Assembly: GCA_019347805.1 (NCBI GenBank)
Contig: JAHWKR010000010.1
Span: forward strand, 3,364-67,363
Length of the DNA: 64,000 nt
Direction of reading: 5' to 3'
From: Methanobacteriota archaeon
GTDB lineage: Archaea > Thermoplasmatota > E2 > JACPAO01 > JAHWKR01
The position numbers and the translations under genes are program-made. The notes under the pieces are model-generated. The model ran no database searches. It was not told the DNA's origin and was given only the letters and a program-made list of their open reading frames with translations. Positions 46,913-56,296 of this stretch are shown here, piece after piece; the first letter of the stretch is position 1, and the number at the start of each line of letters is the position of its first letter.

Positions 46913-47672
46913 CCGGGTGTCGGACGGATGCCCGGGTCATGTAGGTTGTGGATGGTCCATTGGAGCGGAGGAGGGCGTCGCGCTCGGTCTTCCTCTGTCT
47001 GTCCTCGCCGTCCGCAAGACCCTCGTCCGACCCTGGGGCCGCCGGATGCGCCTGCCCTTCGTAGTGGGTCAATGTGAACTGGAACCGGACGGTGCCTTCA
47101 CGGGGCACCACGGCCGTACCGGGGGGCGTGATGCGGAGGTCGATCTGCCATGCGCCTGTGGAACGGCGGTCGGTGTGGTTGGCGGCGGCACGGCGGAGCG
47201 CCTCATCCGTGTCGGCGGTCTCGTGGTCCTCCTTGGCGGGGGTGGTGGCGCGGGGCCAATCGGCGATGATGAGTTGGGAGATGCGGTAGCCGGTCGTCGA
47301 CATCGGGCCTTCGATGCTTCCGGTGCGGTTGTCGCCGTTCGGCGCGATGACCGTGATGTCGATGCGGTCACCGACCGTGGAGTCTTCCATCTCGAGGTGG
47401 ACCGTGACGGAGACCTTCGTGATGTTGGTCCGCGCGATGATGAACGGGTCGACGAGGGCGCTGCCGTCGGCGCCGATGCGGACGGCATCGGTGGTGGTCT
47501 CGCTCGCCGAGACGGGGAACGTGACGAGGACGCTCACAGGGTCACGGTAGGGGTCGTCGAGGATGCGGTCGCGGGGGACGCCGTCGATGGCGACGAAGGC
47601 GAACGCTCCGGCGAAACCGATGAGGGTGACGATCCCGATGGAGGTGAACGCGTGGGTCGTGGCGGACGCCAT
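46896..47672 (-). CDS. membrane-anchored hypothetical protein, first gene of the ABC transporter operon
   Basis: N-terminal TM helix IGIVTLIGFAGAFAFVAI followed by a soluble domain. Overlaps the ATPase start by 17 nt. Confidence 0.5.
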   Translation of the reverse strand: MASATTHAFTSIGIVTLIGFAGAFAFVAIDGVPRDRILDDPYRDPVSVLVTFPVSASETTTDAVRIGADGSALVDPFIIARTNITKVSVTVHLEMEDSTVGDRIDITVIAPNGDNRTGSIEGPMSTTGYRISQLIIADWPRATTPAKEDHETADTDEALRRAAANHTDRRSTGAWQIDLRITPPGTAVVPREGTVRFQFTLTHYEGQAHPAAPGSDEGLADGEDRQRKTERDALLRSNGPSTTYMTRASVRHPVDPDP

Positions 47673-47726
47673 CGTCGTCCTGGACCCCTCGTGGTGGCTT
47701 ATGACCGTTGTGGGCGTGTCCTGCTG

Positions 47727-49142
47727 CTATGTCCGTCGGGCCCAGCCGCGCACGAGTTCACGTGTCGCCGGCCAGGCGTAGCGGAGGAGCGACGGGCGAC
47801 GGGCGACGAGCGGCAGGACGAGCCGGGACGGATGGTCGATGTCGCCGTGGCGGTTGATGGTGGCGACCACCTTCGGGTCGTCCAGTTTTTCGAGCAAGGT
47901 GTCGAGCTCGGCGTCGCTCATGCGACGGAAGACGCGGCGCATCGCCTCGCCGACCGAGAGCTCACGGCCGATGGAGCCCCAGACGCGTTTCTCATAGGGA
48001 AGGAGGCTGATGCGGTCGGAGCGGGCGGAAAGCAGTGCGGGGACCGCGACCTCGGCCAGTTCCTTGGCACCCCAGGTCGCCATGTAGATGCCGCCGCCGG
48101 AGGTCGGTTTGGCGAATCCGCCGGCGTCGCCGACCAGCATGACGCCGTCGTCGACGAGCCGCGCGCGCAGGCCGAGCGGGATGCAACCGACGATGCGGTT
48201 GACCTCGTGGCCGCCGGCGACGAGCTTGGCGACGTCGGGTCGTTCGAGGTAGCGGTGGTAGTAATGCAGGGCGCTCTTGCCACGGCCGCGTGTGACGTCG
48301 ATGCAGAGGCCGACACGGGCGCCATGACGCCCCTTGGGGACGATCCAGGCGAAGAAACCTGGGGCGATGTCGCTCCCGGTGTGCACATGCACGTTCTCTG
48401 GGTCGGGGATGTCGAGGCCTTCCAGTTCGATCTCGAGGCCCGAGAGCACCTCGTCGGCGCCGGGGAATCCGCAGGTGCGGGCCACTTCGCTGCCGACACC
48501 GTCGGCCCCGACAAGGAGCCGGCACGTGAGGACGGTGCGTCTTGTCGGCTGGTCGGCGGTCGGGCGTTGGTGGACGATGACGTCGCGCACGGGGGCGAGG
48601 TCGCCCATCTCGCGCGACGGCTCATGGCGCAACGTGGAGTCGACGTAGACCGCGCCGCGGACGATCTCGCAACCGGCCGCTTCGGCGCGGGCGGCGAGGG
48701 CACGGTCGAATCCGGCGCGGTCGACGGCGTGAGCATGCACCTCGGGGTGCGAAAGCAGCAGTCGGCGTCCGTTCGGGGCGACGATGTGGCCACCGCGCAC
48801 CTCTTGTTGGTGGAACGGGCCGTGCGGGTCGAGCCCGATGAGTTTGAAGGTGTGGGTCGCGACCAGTCCGGCGCACTGGACGGGACTGCCGAGGTCGAGG
48901 TGCTCCTCCAGCACCACCACCTTGAGGCCCGCCTCGGCGAGCCGGCGGCCGGTCTCCGTGCCGGCCGGGCCGCCACCGACCACGGTGACGTCGTATTCGA
49001 CGGTCGGTCCGCGGGCGATGCCACCGGGCCGCCGGAACGAGGTCGGGCCCTCCGGGACGGTGTCGTCTTTCGCCGCGGGCGAGGGTCGGACCCCCGAGGG
49101 GGCCGGCGGAGGGCGCTTCGAGGCCGTGCGGCGGGCGCTCAC
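47727..49142 (-). CDS. geranylgeranyl reductase-family FAD-dependent oxidoreductase
   Basis: FAD motif YDVTVVGGGPAGTETGRRLAEAGLKVVVLEE and GDAGGF. A 45-aa Pro/Ala-rich N-terminal extension may not be translated. Confidence 0.65.
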   Translation of the reverse strand: MSARRTASKRPPPAPSGVRPSPAAKDDTVPEGPTSFRRPGGIARGPTVEYDVTVVGGGPAGTETGRRLAEAGLKVVVLEEHLDLGSPVQCAGLVATHTFKLIGLDPHGPFHQQEVRGGHIVAPNGRRLLLSHPEVHAHAVDRAGFDRALAARAEAAGCEIVRGAVYVDSTLRHEPSREMGDLAPVRDVIVHQRPTADQPTRRTVLTCRLLVGADGVGSEVARTCGFPGADEVLSGLEIELEGLDIPDPENVHVHTGSDIAPGFFAWIVPKGRHGARVGLCIDVTRGRGKSALHYYHRYLERPDVAKLVAGGHEVNRIVGCIPLGLRARLVDDGVMLVGDAGGFAKPTSGGGIYMATWGAKELAEVAVPALLSARSDRISLLPYEKRVWGSIGRELSVGEAMRRVFRRMSDAELDTLLEKLDDPKVVATINRHGDIDHPSRLVLPLVARRPSLLRYAWPATRELVRGWARRT

Positions 49143-49217
49143 GCGATGGCCACTCCAGGGCGGGTGATGAGGGTTGTGGTGAACAAGGTCACGTGCCGAT
49201 CCTGTCGTATGTGTGCC

Positions 49218-49718
49218 TCAATACACCGTCACGCTTCTGACCCCTTCGACCGCTTGGATCTCCGGGATCAACCTGGCCGGGACCTGTTGCTCCGTGACCA
49301 CGAAGAGTTTGGGTTCTTCGATGAAGTCGGGATCGTCGACGATGGCCTGGCGGATGCTGATGCCTTCCATGGCGATGGCGGAGGAGACGCCGGCGAGGAT
49401 GCCAGGCGTGGAGGCGTTCTCGGGGACGATCTCGAGGACGCCCCACCCCAGTTCGGGGGCGGCGTCCTTGAGGTGCAGGGTCGGCCGGAACCGTGCGAAG
49501 GCGCGGCGCAGTTCGTGGTGGGCGGTGATGGTCTCGATGGTGGCGGCGACGATGCGCCGGTCGACGCCGGCTGCGCGAGCGATGGCGGAGTCGGCGATCC
49601 GAATGGGCCCACAGTAGACGCCGTCGTCCTGGATGCGCAGTCCATATTGGATGAGAAGCCGGGCGATCTTCTCCTGAGCGGGGTAGCGCCGGAAATAGTC
49701 GATGAGCGTGTCCCACAT
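49218..49718 (-). CDS. ACT-domain regulator of amino-acid metabolism (COG2150-like)
   Basis: 166 aa from MWDTLIDYF. C-terminal ACT-like region. Divergent from the aro operon. The 44-aa ORF-track extension was rejected. Confidence 0.55.
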   Translation of the reverse strand: MWDTLIDYFRRYPAQEKIARLLIQYGLRIQDDGVYCGPIRIADSAIARAAGVDRRIVAATIETITAHHELRRAFARFRPTLHLKDAAPELGWGVLEIVPENASTPGILAGVSSAIAMEGISIRQAIVDDPDFIEEPKLFVVTEQQVPARLIPEIQAVEGVRSVTVY

Positions 49719-49953
49719 GTCGCGTCCGTCCGTCCAACGGGCGCGATGGTATAAATGGTGCAGTCTGTGGCGCCTTTGTCCTTGAAATAGCAGCCTTGCC
49801 TCAGGTTGTACAGCCACTAATGTTATATATACGACAGAATAGGACATCAATGCAGAAAAATGTCAATGGTGGGTCCGGACCCAGGCCCCCTCGCCCGCCC
49901 TCCGAGGGACGTATAAACGGGGTCCGCATCCCGGCGCCCGCCAGGAGTCCCCG
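49719..49953. promoter_or_regulatory. AT-rich bidirectional promoter region with three TATA-like boxes
   Basis: GGTATAAATGG at 49748-49758 lies about 30 nt from the minus-strand ATG. TTATATAT is at 49823-49830. GTATAAAC at 49911-49918 is 36 nt upstream of the aro-operon ATG, with AGGAG 7 nt before it. GC content here is far below the local average. Confidence 0.55.
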
Positions 49954-50757
49954 ATGACCGGAATCGAATTGCGCCTGTCCCGCCTGCGGGTCCCCGGCAC
50001 CGATGTCTACCTCATGATCCCCATGGACCACGGGGTCTCCCTGGGTCCCCTGCCGGGTCTCGTCGACCTGCCCCGCACCCTCGACGCCATCGCCCGCGGC
50101 GGGGCGAGTGCCGTCGTCTTCCACAAGGGCAACGCCCGCTTCGTGGCCCCCTTCGCCCAACGCCTGGGCTTCGTGCTCCACGTCTCCGCCTCGACCTCCT
50201 CGACCCCCGACCCGAACGACAAGGTCATCGTCACAGACCCTGACGAGGCGGCCTTCCTCGGCGCCGACGCCGTCTCCACGCACACCAATTTCGGCGCCCT
50301 CACAGAGAACAGACAGGTCGAGGAGCTCGGCCGCACCGTCCGCCATGCCCACCGCCTCGGATTGCCGGTCCTCGCCATGGCCTATCCTCGTGGCCCCGAC
50401 GTCAGCGACCCGTTCGCCCCCGACCGCGTCATGCAGGCGAGCCGTGCCGCCGCGGAATGCGGCGCCGACCTCGTCAAGACCGTCTACACGGGTGACGTCG
50501 ACACGTTCCGTGAGGTCGTCCGTGGCACGCCGGTCCCGGTGCTCGTCGCCGGAGGCGCCAGGACCGAGGACGACCAGCAGGTTCTCGACCTCGTCCAGGG
50601 TGCCCGCGACGCTGGCGCCAAAGGCATCTCGATGGGACGCAACGTCTTCTCGCATCCCCATCCGGAGCGCATGGTCGCCGCCTTGTCGGCCATCCTCGTC
50701 GACGGTGAGAGCGCGGAAGAGGCGCGGCGCCACCTCACCCAGCCGTTGCCCGCATGA
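49954..50757 (+). CDS. 2-amino-3,7-dideoxy-D-threo-hept-6-ulosonate synthase (class I aldolase family, archaeal shikimate entry)
   Basis: DhnA/FbaB-family class I aldolase fold. First gene of the aro operon, immediately followed by DHQ synthase II. Confidence 0.75.
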   Translation: MTGIELRLSRLRVPGTDVYLMIPMDHGVSLGPLPGLVDLPRTLDAIARGGASAVVFHKGNARFVAPFAQRLGFVLHVSASTSSTPDPNDKVIVTDPDEAAFLGADAVSTHTNFGALTENRQVEELGRTVRHAHRLGLPVLAMAYPRGPDVSDPFAPDRVMQASRAAAECGADLVKTVYTGDVDTFREVVRGTPVPVLVAGGARTEDDQQVLDLVQGARDAGAKGISMGRNVFSHPHPERMVAALSAILVDGESAEEARRHLTQPLPA

Positions 50758-51890
50758 ACGCCCGGAGTCGCACCGTGACCGACCAGCATCCCGCCGGACA
50801 GGAAGTCGCCAAAAGGGCCGCACCGACCGACGGCCCGCTCGTCTGGGTCGACGCGAGCCGCGGCGACGACGCCGACCAGCGCACACGCATCGTGACCACC
50901 GCATTGGAAAGCGGTTTCTCGCACATCGTGGTACCCGAGGCCGACCGCGAACGGCTCCTCGCCCTCGGCCGTTTCCAGCCCCTTGTTGTCAAGGACGACG
51001 GTGGACCGGGCCGGCTCGTGGTAGGGAGCGACGGCCCCGTCGGACGCTGGATCACCTTGCGCTCCAAGGCCGATGAAGAGGCCGCCTCGGCGCTCGCCGG
51101 CGAGATCGAGACGCTCGTCGTCTCCGCCACTGATTGGAAGATCATCCCGCTGGAGAACCTCATCGCCGACTATCAACCGACCCGTTCGCGCCTTTTGGCC
51201 GACGTCGCGACCGCCGAGGAGGCGGAGGTCATGCTCACGACGCTCGAGGTCGGCACCGACGGCGTCGTCATCGCCCCTGAGGACGAACAGGAGGTCATCG
51301 ACCTCGCCGAGCGCCTGCGCGACCGCACCCAGGAAGGGCTCCTCCTCGACGAGGCCGAAGTGGTCAGCGTCACCGACGCCGGCAACGGCGACCGGGTCTG
51401 CATCGACACCTGCAGCCTGCTCGTCCCGGGCGAAGGCATGCTCGTCGGCGGTTCTTCAAAAGGGCTCTTCCTCGTGCACAGCGAATCGCTCGAGAGCGAG
51501 TACGTCAATGCGCGACCGTTCCGGGTCAACGCCGGCGCCGTCTACGCCTATCTGCTCGCCGCGGGGGGCCGCACCCGCTATCTCAGCGAACTGGAGGCCG
51601 GAGGACCGGTCGTCGCCGTCGACCACACCGGCCGCACGCGCACCGTCACCGTCGGACGCGCCAAGGTGGAATCGCGACCGCTCCTTCTCGTCAAGGCGCG
51701 ACCGCTCGCCGCCCCCGAAGAGGAATACCACATCGTCGTGCAGAACGCCGAGACGATCCGTTTCGTCACCCCCGGCGGCGGCGCGCTCTCCGTCGTCGAC
51801 GCCGCACCCGGCGACCGCGTGCTCCTGCATCGGTCCGACAAGGCGCGCCATTTCGGTCGCGCCATCCGAGAACGCATCCTGGAGCGGTGA
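50754..51890 (+). CDS. 3-dehydroquinate synthase II (archaeal type)
   Basis: 378 aa. 4-nt ATGA overlap with the upstream gene. Positioned between ADH synthase and aroD, as in archaeal aro operons. Confidence 0.75.
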   Translation: MNARSRTVTDQHPAGQEVAKRAAPTDGPLVWVDASRGDDADQRTRIVTTALESGFSHIVVPEADRERLLALGRFQPLVVKDDGGPGRLVVGSDGPVGRWITLRSKADEEAASALAGEIETLVVSATDWKIIPLENLIADYQPTRSRLLADVATAEEAEVMLTTLEVGTDGVVIAPEDEQEVIDLAERLRDRTQEGLLLDEAEVVSVTDAGNGDRVCIDTCSLLVPGEGMLVGGSSKGLFLVHSESLESEYVNARPFRVNAGAVYAYLLAAGGRTRYLSELEAGGPVVAVDHTGRTRTVTVGRAKVESRPLLLVKARPLAAPEEEYHIVVQNAETIRFVTPGGGALSVVDAAPGDRVLLHRSDKARHFGRAIRERILER

Positions 51891-51891
51891 C

Positions 51892-53733
51892 ATGACGGCC
51901 AAGGATGACGACCCCGGCTTCCACGACGTCATGCGACGCGACATCGAGCACATGTACGTCCGCGGCGAAGAGGACGGCAGCGTCATCGAAGGTCTTGCCC
52001 GCGCACTCCCCCGCCCGATCCCCTCCATCGTCATCACCTTGATGCGCAAGAGTGCCCGCGGGGTCGGTGAGAGCCTCCGCGCCCTGCCGGGTGCGCTCGA
52101 CGAGACCGTCGGCCGTTATCCCGTCAAGCTCGAGCTGCGCCTCGACCCGCTCACCGGTCTCTCCGAACGGGTCTCGGCCGCCGCATTGGTGCTCAAGCTC
52201 GGCGTCCCCGTCGTCTTCACGTTGCGCACACGCACCGAGGGCGGCCTCTCCACCGCCACCGACCCGGAACGGCAGGAGTTCCTCACTGGGCTTCTCACCG
52301 CGCTCAAGGAATCGGTCCCCCGCGGCTCCCTGCTGGATGTCGAAGCGCAGAACGTCGCGACCGATCCCGAAGGTTGGGGACGTGTCCTGCGCTTGGCGCG
52401 CGACCGCGGCTTCCACATCCTGCTCTCACAGCACGACCTCGACCGCTCGCCCGAGCGCGCCGGTCACCTCTTGCCCCCGGACGGCCTTCTCGACACCGCC
52501 CCGGGCGGACCGGCGTTGCTCTGGAAACAGGCGACGCGCACGCGCAGCTGGTCGCAGGTGCTGGCCCAGTTGCGCGCCCTCCGCGTCGGCAATCTGCACA
52601 TGCGGCGCCACGCCCTCATGGGCCTTGACGCGATCGAGAGCCGCCTCCTCGCCCCGTTCTTCGGGTCTCCCCTCGTCTATGCCGCCGTCGACGCCGAGCG
52701 CGCCGCCGCCCAAGGACAACTGCCGTTCGCCGACCTTGCCCGGGTCTGGGCCCGCTGGGGGGTCACCCCTGATGACGCGGGACTCGTCGCCGATGTCGGG
52801 GATGACGGTGCGGGCCGCCCGCGCTGGTGCCTCCTTGGCCGTCCGGCCTGGCACAGCCTCTCTCCGGCGATGCACAACGCCGCGGCGCGCGACCTCGGCC
52901 TTCCCGCGCGCTACTTTCCGCTCGAGATCCCAACGCACACGTCGGGCGGCACGGAACGGGAACTCCTCGTCGATACGTTGGCGAGCCTGCCCGCGCTCGG
53001 GGTCACCGCAGGGAATGTCACGGTGCCGTTCAAGAACGACATCGCCGGACTGATGCATCGCCTTGAAGGGGAGGCGGAACCCCTCGCGGCCGTGAACACG
53101 TTCCGTTTCGACGGCGACCGGCTCATCGGCACGAACACCGACCCAGCCGGCATCACCGGTGCCCTTGCCGACATCGGGACCGACAGACCGGGGTCCGTCC
53201 TGGTCCTCGGTGCGGGCGGTTCGGCCGCTGCGGCGCTCCATGCCCTGCGTGAAACCGACCGCATCATCGTCTCGGCCCGCACCCGCACGCGCGCGGAGAC
53301 CCTCTCCGACCGGCTCGATGCCGCCATTGAAGTGGTCGACTGGAACGAGCGCGTGACGGCAGCGAAAAGTGCAGACCTCATCATCAACACCACCCCCGTC
53401 GGTATGGCCGGCGGTCCCGACCCTGACGGCACTCCGCTCGATGCGGCCGCCATCCGTGCCGAGGTGACGGTACTCGACCTCGTCTATGCCGCTCCCACGG
53501 ACCCAGGACGCGCACCAGGCGTGACGCGCCTCCTCGCCGAGGCGTCGGCCAAAGGAGCCAAGACCCAGGACGGCCTCGCGGTCCTTCTCCACCAGGGAGC
53601 GGCCGCGTTCCGCATCTGGACCGGGGAGGAACCTCCGGTCGAAGCGATGCGCGCGGCCCTCGTGGAAGCACAGAAGATCCCGTTCCCGGACAGTGTCCGC
53701 GCCAAGGCACAGGAATCGGAGGTGACCGCATGA
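51892..53733 (+). CDS. aroDE: bifunctional 3-dehydroquinate dehydratase (type I) / shikimate 5-dehydrogenase fusion
   Basis: The N-terminal half has type I DHQase features (VVFTLRTRTEGG). The C-terminal half has shikimate dehydrogenase features (GRPAWHSLSPAMHN, NVTVPFK, LGAGGSA). ATG overlaps the aroB' stop. Confidence 0.8.
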   Translation: MTAKDDDPGFHDVMRRDIEHMYVRGEEDGSVIEGLARALPRPIPSIVITLMRKSARGVGESLRALPGALDETVGRYPVKLELRLDPLTGLSERVSAAALVLKLGVPVVFTLRTRTEGGLSTATDPERQEFLTGLLTALKESVPRGSLLDVEAQNVATDPEGWGRVLRLARDRGFHILLSQHDLDRSPERAGHLLPPDGLLDTAPGGPALLWKQATRTRSWSQVLAQLRALRVGNLHMRRHALMGLDAIESRLLAPFFGSPLVYAAVDAERAAAQGQLPFADLARVWARWGVTPDDAGLVADVGDDGAGRPRWCLLGRPAWHSLSPAMHNAAARDLGLPARYFPLEIPTHTSGGTERELLVDTLASLPALGVTAGNVTVPFKNDIAGLMHRLEGEAEPLAAVNTFRFDGDRLIGTNTDPAGITGALADIGTDRPGSVLVLGAGGSAAAALHALRETDRIIVSARTRTRAETLSDRLDAAIEVVDWNERVTAAKSADLIINTTPVGMAGGPDPDGTPLDAAAIRAEVTVLDLVYAAPTDPGRAPGVTRLLAEASAKGAKTQDGLAVLLHQGAAAFRIWTGEEPPVEAMRAALVEAQKIPFPDSVRAKAQESEVTA

Positions 53734-54734
53734 CCGAGACCCCCTTGCTACCCCGTCCGCTCCGTTTCTCCACCGGCCGGGCCCGCAGCCACGGTGCGGT
53801 GACGGTCGTGAACGCGATCGCGACCGGCCATGGTGCCGCGATCGGCATCGACCTCGCCACCGACGCCACGGTGACGCTCGCCCCGGCCGACAAGACGCGC
53901 ATCGACGTCGCCATCGAGGACGAGCCGTCCGAACCCACCGCGCTCGCCGAGGCGTGCGTGCGGCAGGTCCTGGAGCGGCTGGGCATCGAAGAGCCGATCC
54001 ATGCCGTCGTGAAGACCCGCTCCACCATCCCGGTCTCCCGCGGTCTCAAGAGCAGTTCCGCAGCCGCGAACGCCATCGTCCTCGCCACGCTCACCGCGTG
54101 CGGCCAGACAGTCGGGGACGGCGAAGAGGACGTCATGGACGACCAGGCGGCGGTGCGGCTCGGAGTCGATGCGGCGCTCGCGGCACGCGTCACCATCACC
54201 GGCGCCTTCGACGACGCCGCCGCGTCCTGGTTCGGAGGGCTTGTCGCGACCGACAACCCAGACCGCCGCATCGTCCATCAGGAGGATGTCGGGGACCTGG
54301 AGCTTCTGCTCGTCGTGCCGCCGCGCAAGGTGCGCACCATCGACACCATGACCGCACCGACCCATCCGCTCCGTCCTCTCGTCGCGGAGGCGCACGCGCT
54401 CGTCCGGGAAGGCAAGTGGCAGGAGGCGATGCTGCGCAACAGCCTCGCCTATGGCGGCTCCTATGGCCTTTCCAACCGGTTGGTCATCCACATGCTCGAC
54501 ACGGGCGCCATCGCGGCCGGGATCAGCGGCACCGGTCCGGCGGTCGCCGTCGTCATCCGACGTGACGACTGGGATTGCTTCACGGGGATCGTCGGCATGC
54601 TCGAACCGGACGCCCGTGTCCTTGTCGCCCACACGAACCGCAAGAAGGCGCAAGTCCTGGAGGACGACGAGCCGCTCCCGGAACCGCTCGTCGTGCAGGA
54701 GGGCGCCCGGCATGCCGAGGAGGCGGTGACGTGA
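53730..54734 (+). CDS. shikimate kinase, archaeal GHMP-kinase type
   Basis: GHMP motif GLKSSSAAANA and N-terminal VVNAIATGHGAAIG. 4-nt overlaps at both ends. Confidence 0.8.
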   Translation: MTETPLLPRPLRFSTGRARSHGAVTVVNAIATGHGAAIGIDLATDATVTLAPADKTRIDVAIEDEPSEPTALAEACVRQVLERLGIEEPIHAVVKTRSTIPVSRGLKSSSAAANAIVLATLTACGQTVGDGEEDVMDDQAAVRLGVDAALAARVTITGAFDDAAASWFGGLVATDNPDRRIVHQEDVGDLELLLVVPPRKVRTIDTMTAPTHPLRPLVAEAHALVREGKWQEAMLRNSLAYGGSYGLSNRLVIHMLDTGAIAAGISGTGPAVAVVIRRDDWDCFTGIVGMLEPDARVLVAHTNRKKAQVLEDDEPLPEPLVVQEGARHAEEAVT

Positions 54735-56296
54735 AGACACCAAAAGGACCGTTCCTCGAGGTCCACCCGGTCCTGGTCCCGCCGAACGCGCTCTTGCTCG
54801 CATCACCCTCCAAAAGCGCGACGCACCGCGCGATCCTCATCGGCGCGCTCACCCCGCACACGGTCATCGAGAACCCGCTTGTTTCCGAGGACACGCTCGC
54901 CTCGCTGCGACTGGCGGAAGCGATCGGGGCGCGCACGAGCGCGGAGCCCGCGACCGAGACCGGCAAACGCCTGCTCGGCACGGTCGGCCATGGCCTGGTC
55001 GAGGCGGAGGCGCTCGATGTCGACGGCGAAGACGAGGAAACAGGCGTCCCGGGACGCTGGACCTGTCTTCCGCTCTCGCCGCTCCTTGCCCAGGGCCGCG
55101 TGCCGCGCCCGCTCCTTGCCGCCCAGGTGCGGCTTCATGTCGAGCGGAGCGGCCCGAAGGTGCGCATCCGCAGCGACACGGTGGACGTCATGAACTCCGG
55201 CACGACGCTCCGCTTGGGGACGGCGCTCGCCGCGTTGGGGGACGCGGACGTGACGCTTGACGGCGACACCAGCCTGCGCACGCGCCCGATGGGTGCCTTG
55301 CTCGAGGCCCTCGCCGCGCTCGGCGCCGAGGTCTCAGCCGACGGGGCCGACGCCCGCCCACCCGTCCATGTCCGTGGCCCGCTCAAGCCGGGCCGTACCG
55401 AATTGTCTGGCGACGTCTCCAGTCAGTTCGTCTCGGCGCTCCTTGTCGCCGCCCAGGCGGTCGACGGCGCGACCGAGGTGGCGCTCACGACACCGCCGCG
55501 TTCGGCGCCCTACATCCGGCTCACCATCGAGACGCTCGCGCGCTTCGGCGGCGCCGTCGAAGAACGCAAAGAGAAAGGCGCCAACGGTCCGACCTATACG
55601 ATCTCTGGGCCGCGCCCGCTCCAGGCGACGCGCTATGTGGTGCCGGGCGACTGGTCGAGCGCCGCTTTCCCGCTCGTCGCCGCTGCGGTGACCGGCGGGC
55701 GGACGATCCTCGCCGCCATGGAACGGGAGGGACCGCAGGGCGACCGTGCCGTCCTCGATGTCCTCGAGGCGACCGGCTGCACCGTCACCTGGGAGCCCGA
55801 CCCGGAACGTCCGGGCGCCGAACTCCTCACGGTCTCCGCACCTGTCGGTCCGCTCAAGCCGTTCGAGCATGGCTTCGCGGACACACCGGACCTCTTCCCG
55901 GCGCTCGCGGTCCTGGCGGCGCGCACGGACGGCACATCGCGCCTTTTCGATGCCGCCCATGTCCGTCTCAAGGAGTGCGACCGGGTCGCGGCGATGGCCG
56001 AGGTGCTGGATGCGGTCGGTGTGCCGGTCGCGGAGGAGAAGGACGGCGTCACCGTCCATGGCGCGGCGGACCGTCCCCTCCGTGCCGCGGTCCTCGATAC
56101 GCGCGACGACCACCGTATCCTCATGGCCGCGGCCGTGTTGGGATTGGTCGGCCCGGGACCGTTCTGGTTGTCGGGCCCCGCCTCGTACCATGTCTCCTAT
56201 CCCCGCTTTCGGATGGACCTCGATGCGCTCGGCGGCGAGTCGCGCGTCGTCGACCAGGCCGAGGTGGCGCCGGATGCCACGGGCGGTGCGTCATGA
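54731..56296 (+). CDS. aroA: 3-phosphoshikimate 1-carboxyvinyltransferase (EPSP synthase) with an internal insertion of about 45 aa
   Basis: Conserved LLASPSKSATHRAIL, NSGTTLRL, RPMG and a C-terminal fold. GTG start overlaps the SK stop (GTGA). Extra segment GLVEAEALDVDGEDEETGVPGRWTCLPLSPLLAQGRVPRP between conserved blocks. Confidence 0.85.
   Translation: MKTPKGPFLEVHPVLVPPNALLLASPSKSATHRAILIGALTPHTVIENPLVSEDTLASLRLAEAIGARTSAEPATETGKRLLGTVGHGLVEAEALDVDGEDEETGVPGRWTCLPLSPLLAQGRVPRPLLAAQVRLHVERSGPKVRIRSDTVDVMNSGTTLRLGTALAALGDADVTLDGDTSLRTRPMGALLEALAALGAEVSADGADARPPVHVRGPLKPGRTELSGDVSSQFVSALLVAAQAVDGATEVALTTPPRSAPYIRLTIETLARFGGAVEERKEKGANGPTYTISGPRPLQATRYVVPGDWSSAAFPLVAAAVTGGRTILAAMEREGPQGDRAVLDVLEATGCTVTWEPDPERPGAELLTVSAPVGPLKPFEHGFADTPDLFPALAVLAARTDGTSRLFDAAHVRLKECDRVAAMAEVLDAVGVPVAEEKDGVTVHGAADRPLRAAVLDTRDDHRILMAAAVLGLVGPGPFWLSGPASYHVSYPRFRMDLDALGGESRVVDQAEVAPDATGGAS

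Noticed and set aside
46917-49754. 945-aa plus-strand ORF
   Set aside because: Antisense to the GGR-family gene, the membrane-anchored protein and the ACT regulator. Gly/Asp/Arg low complexity.
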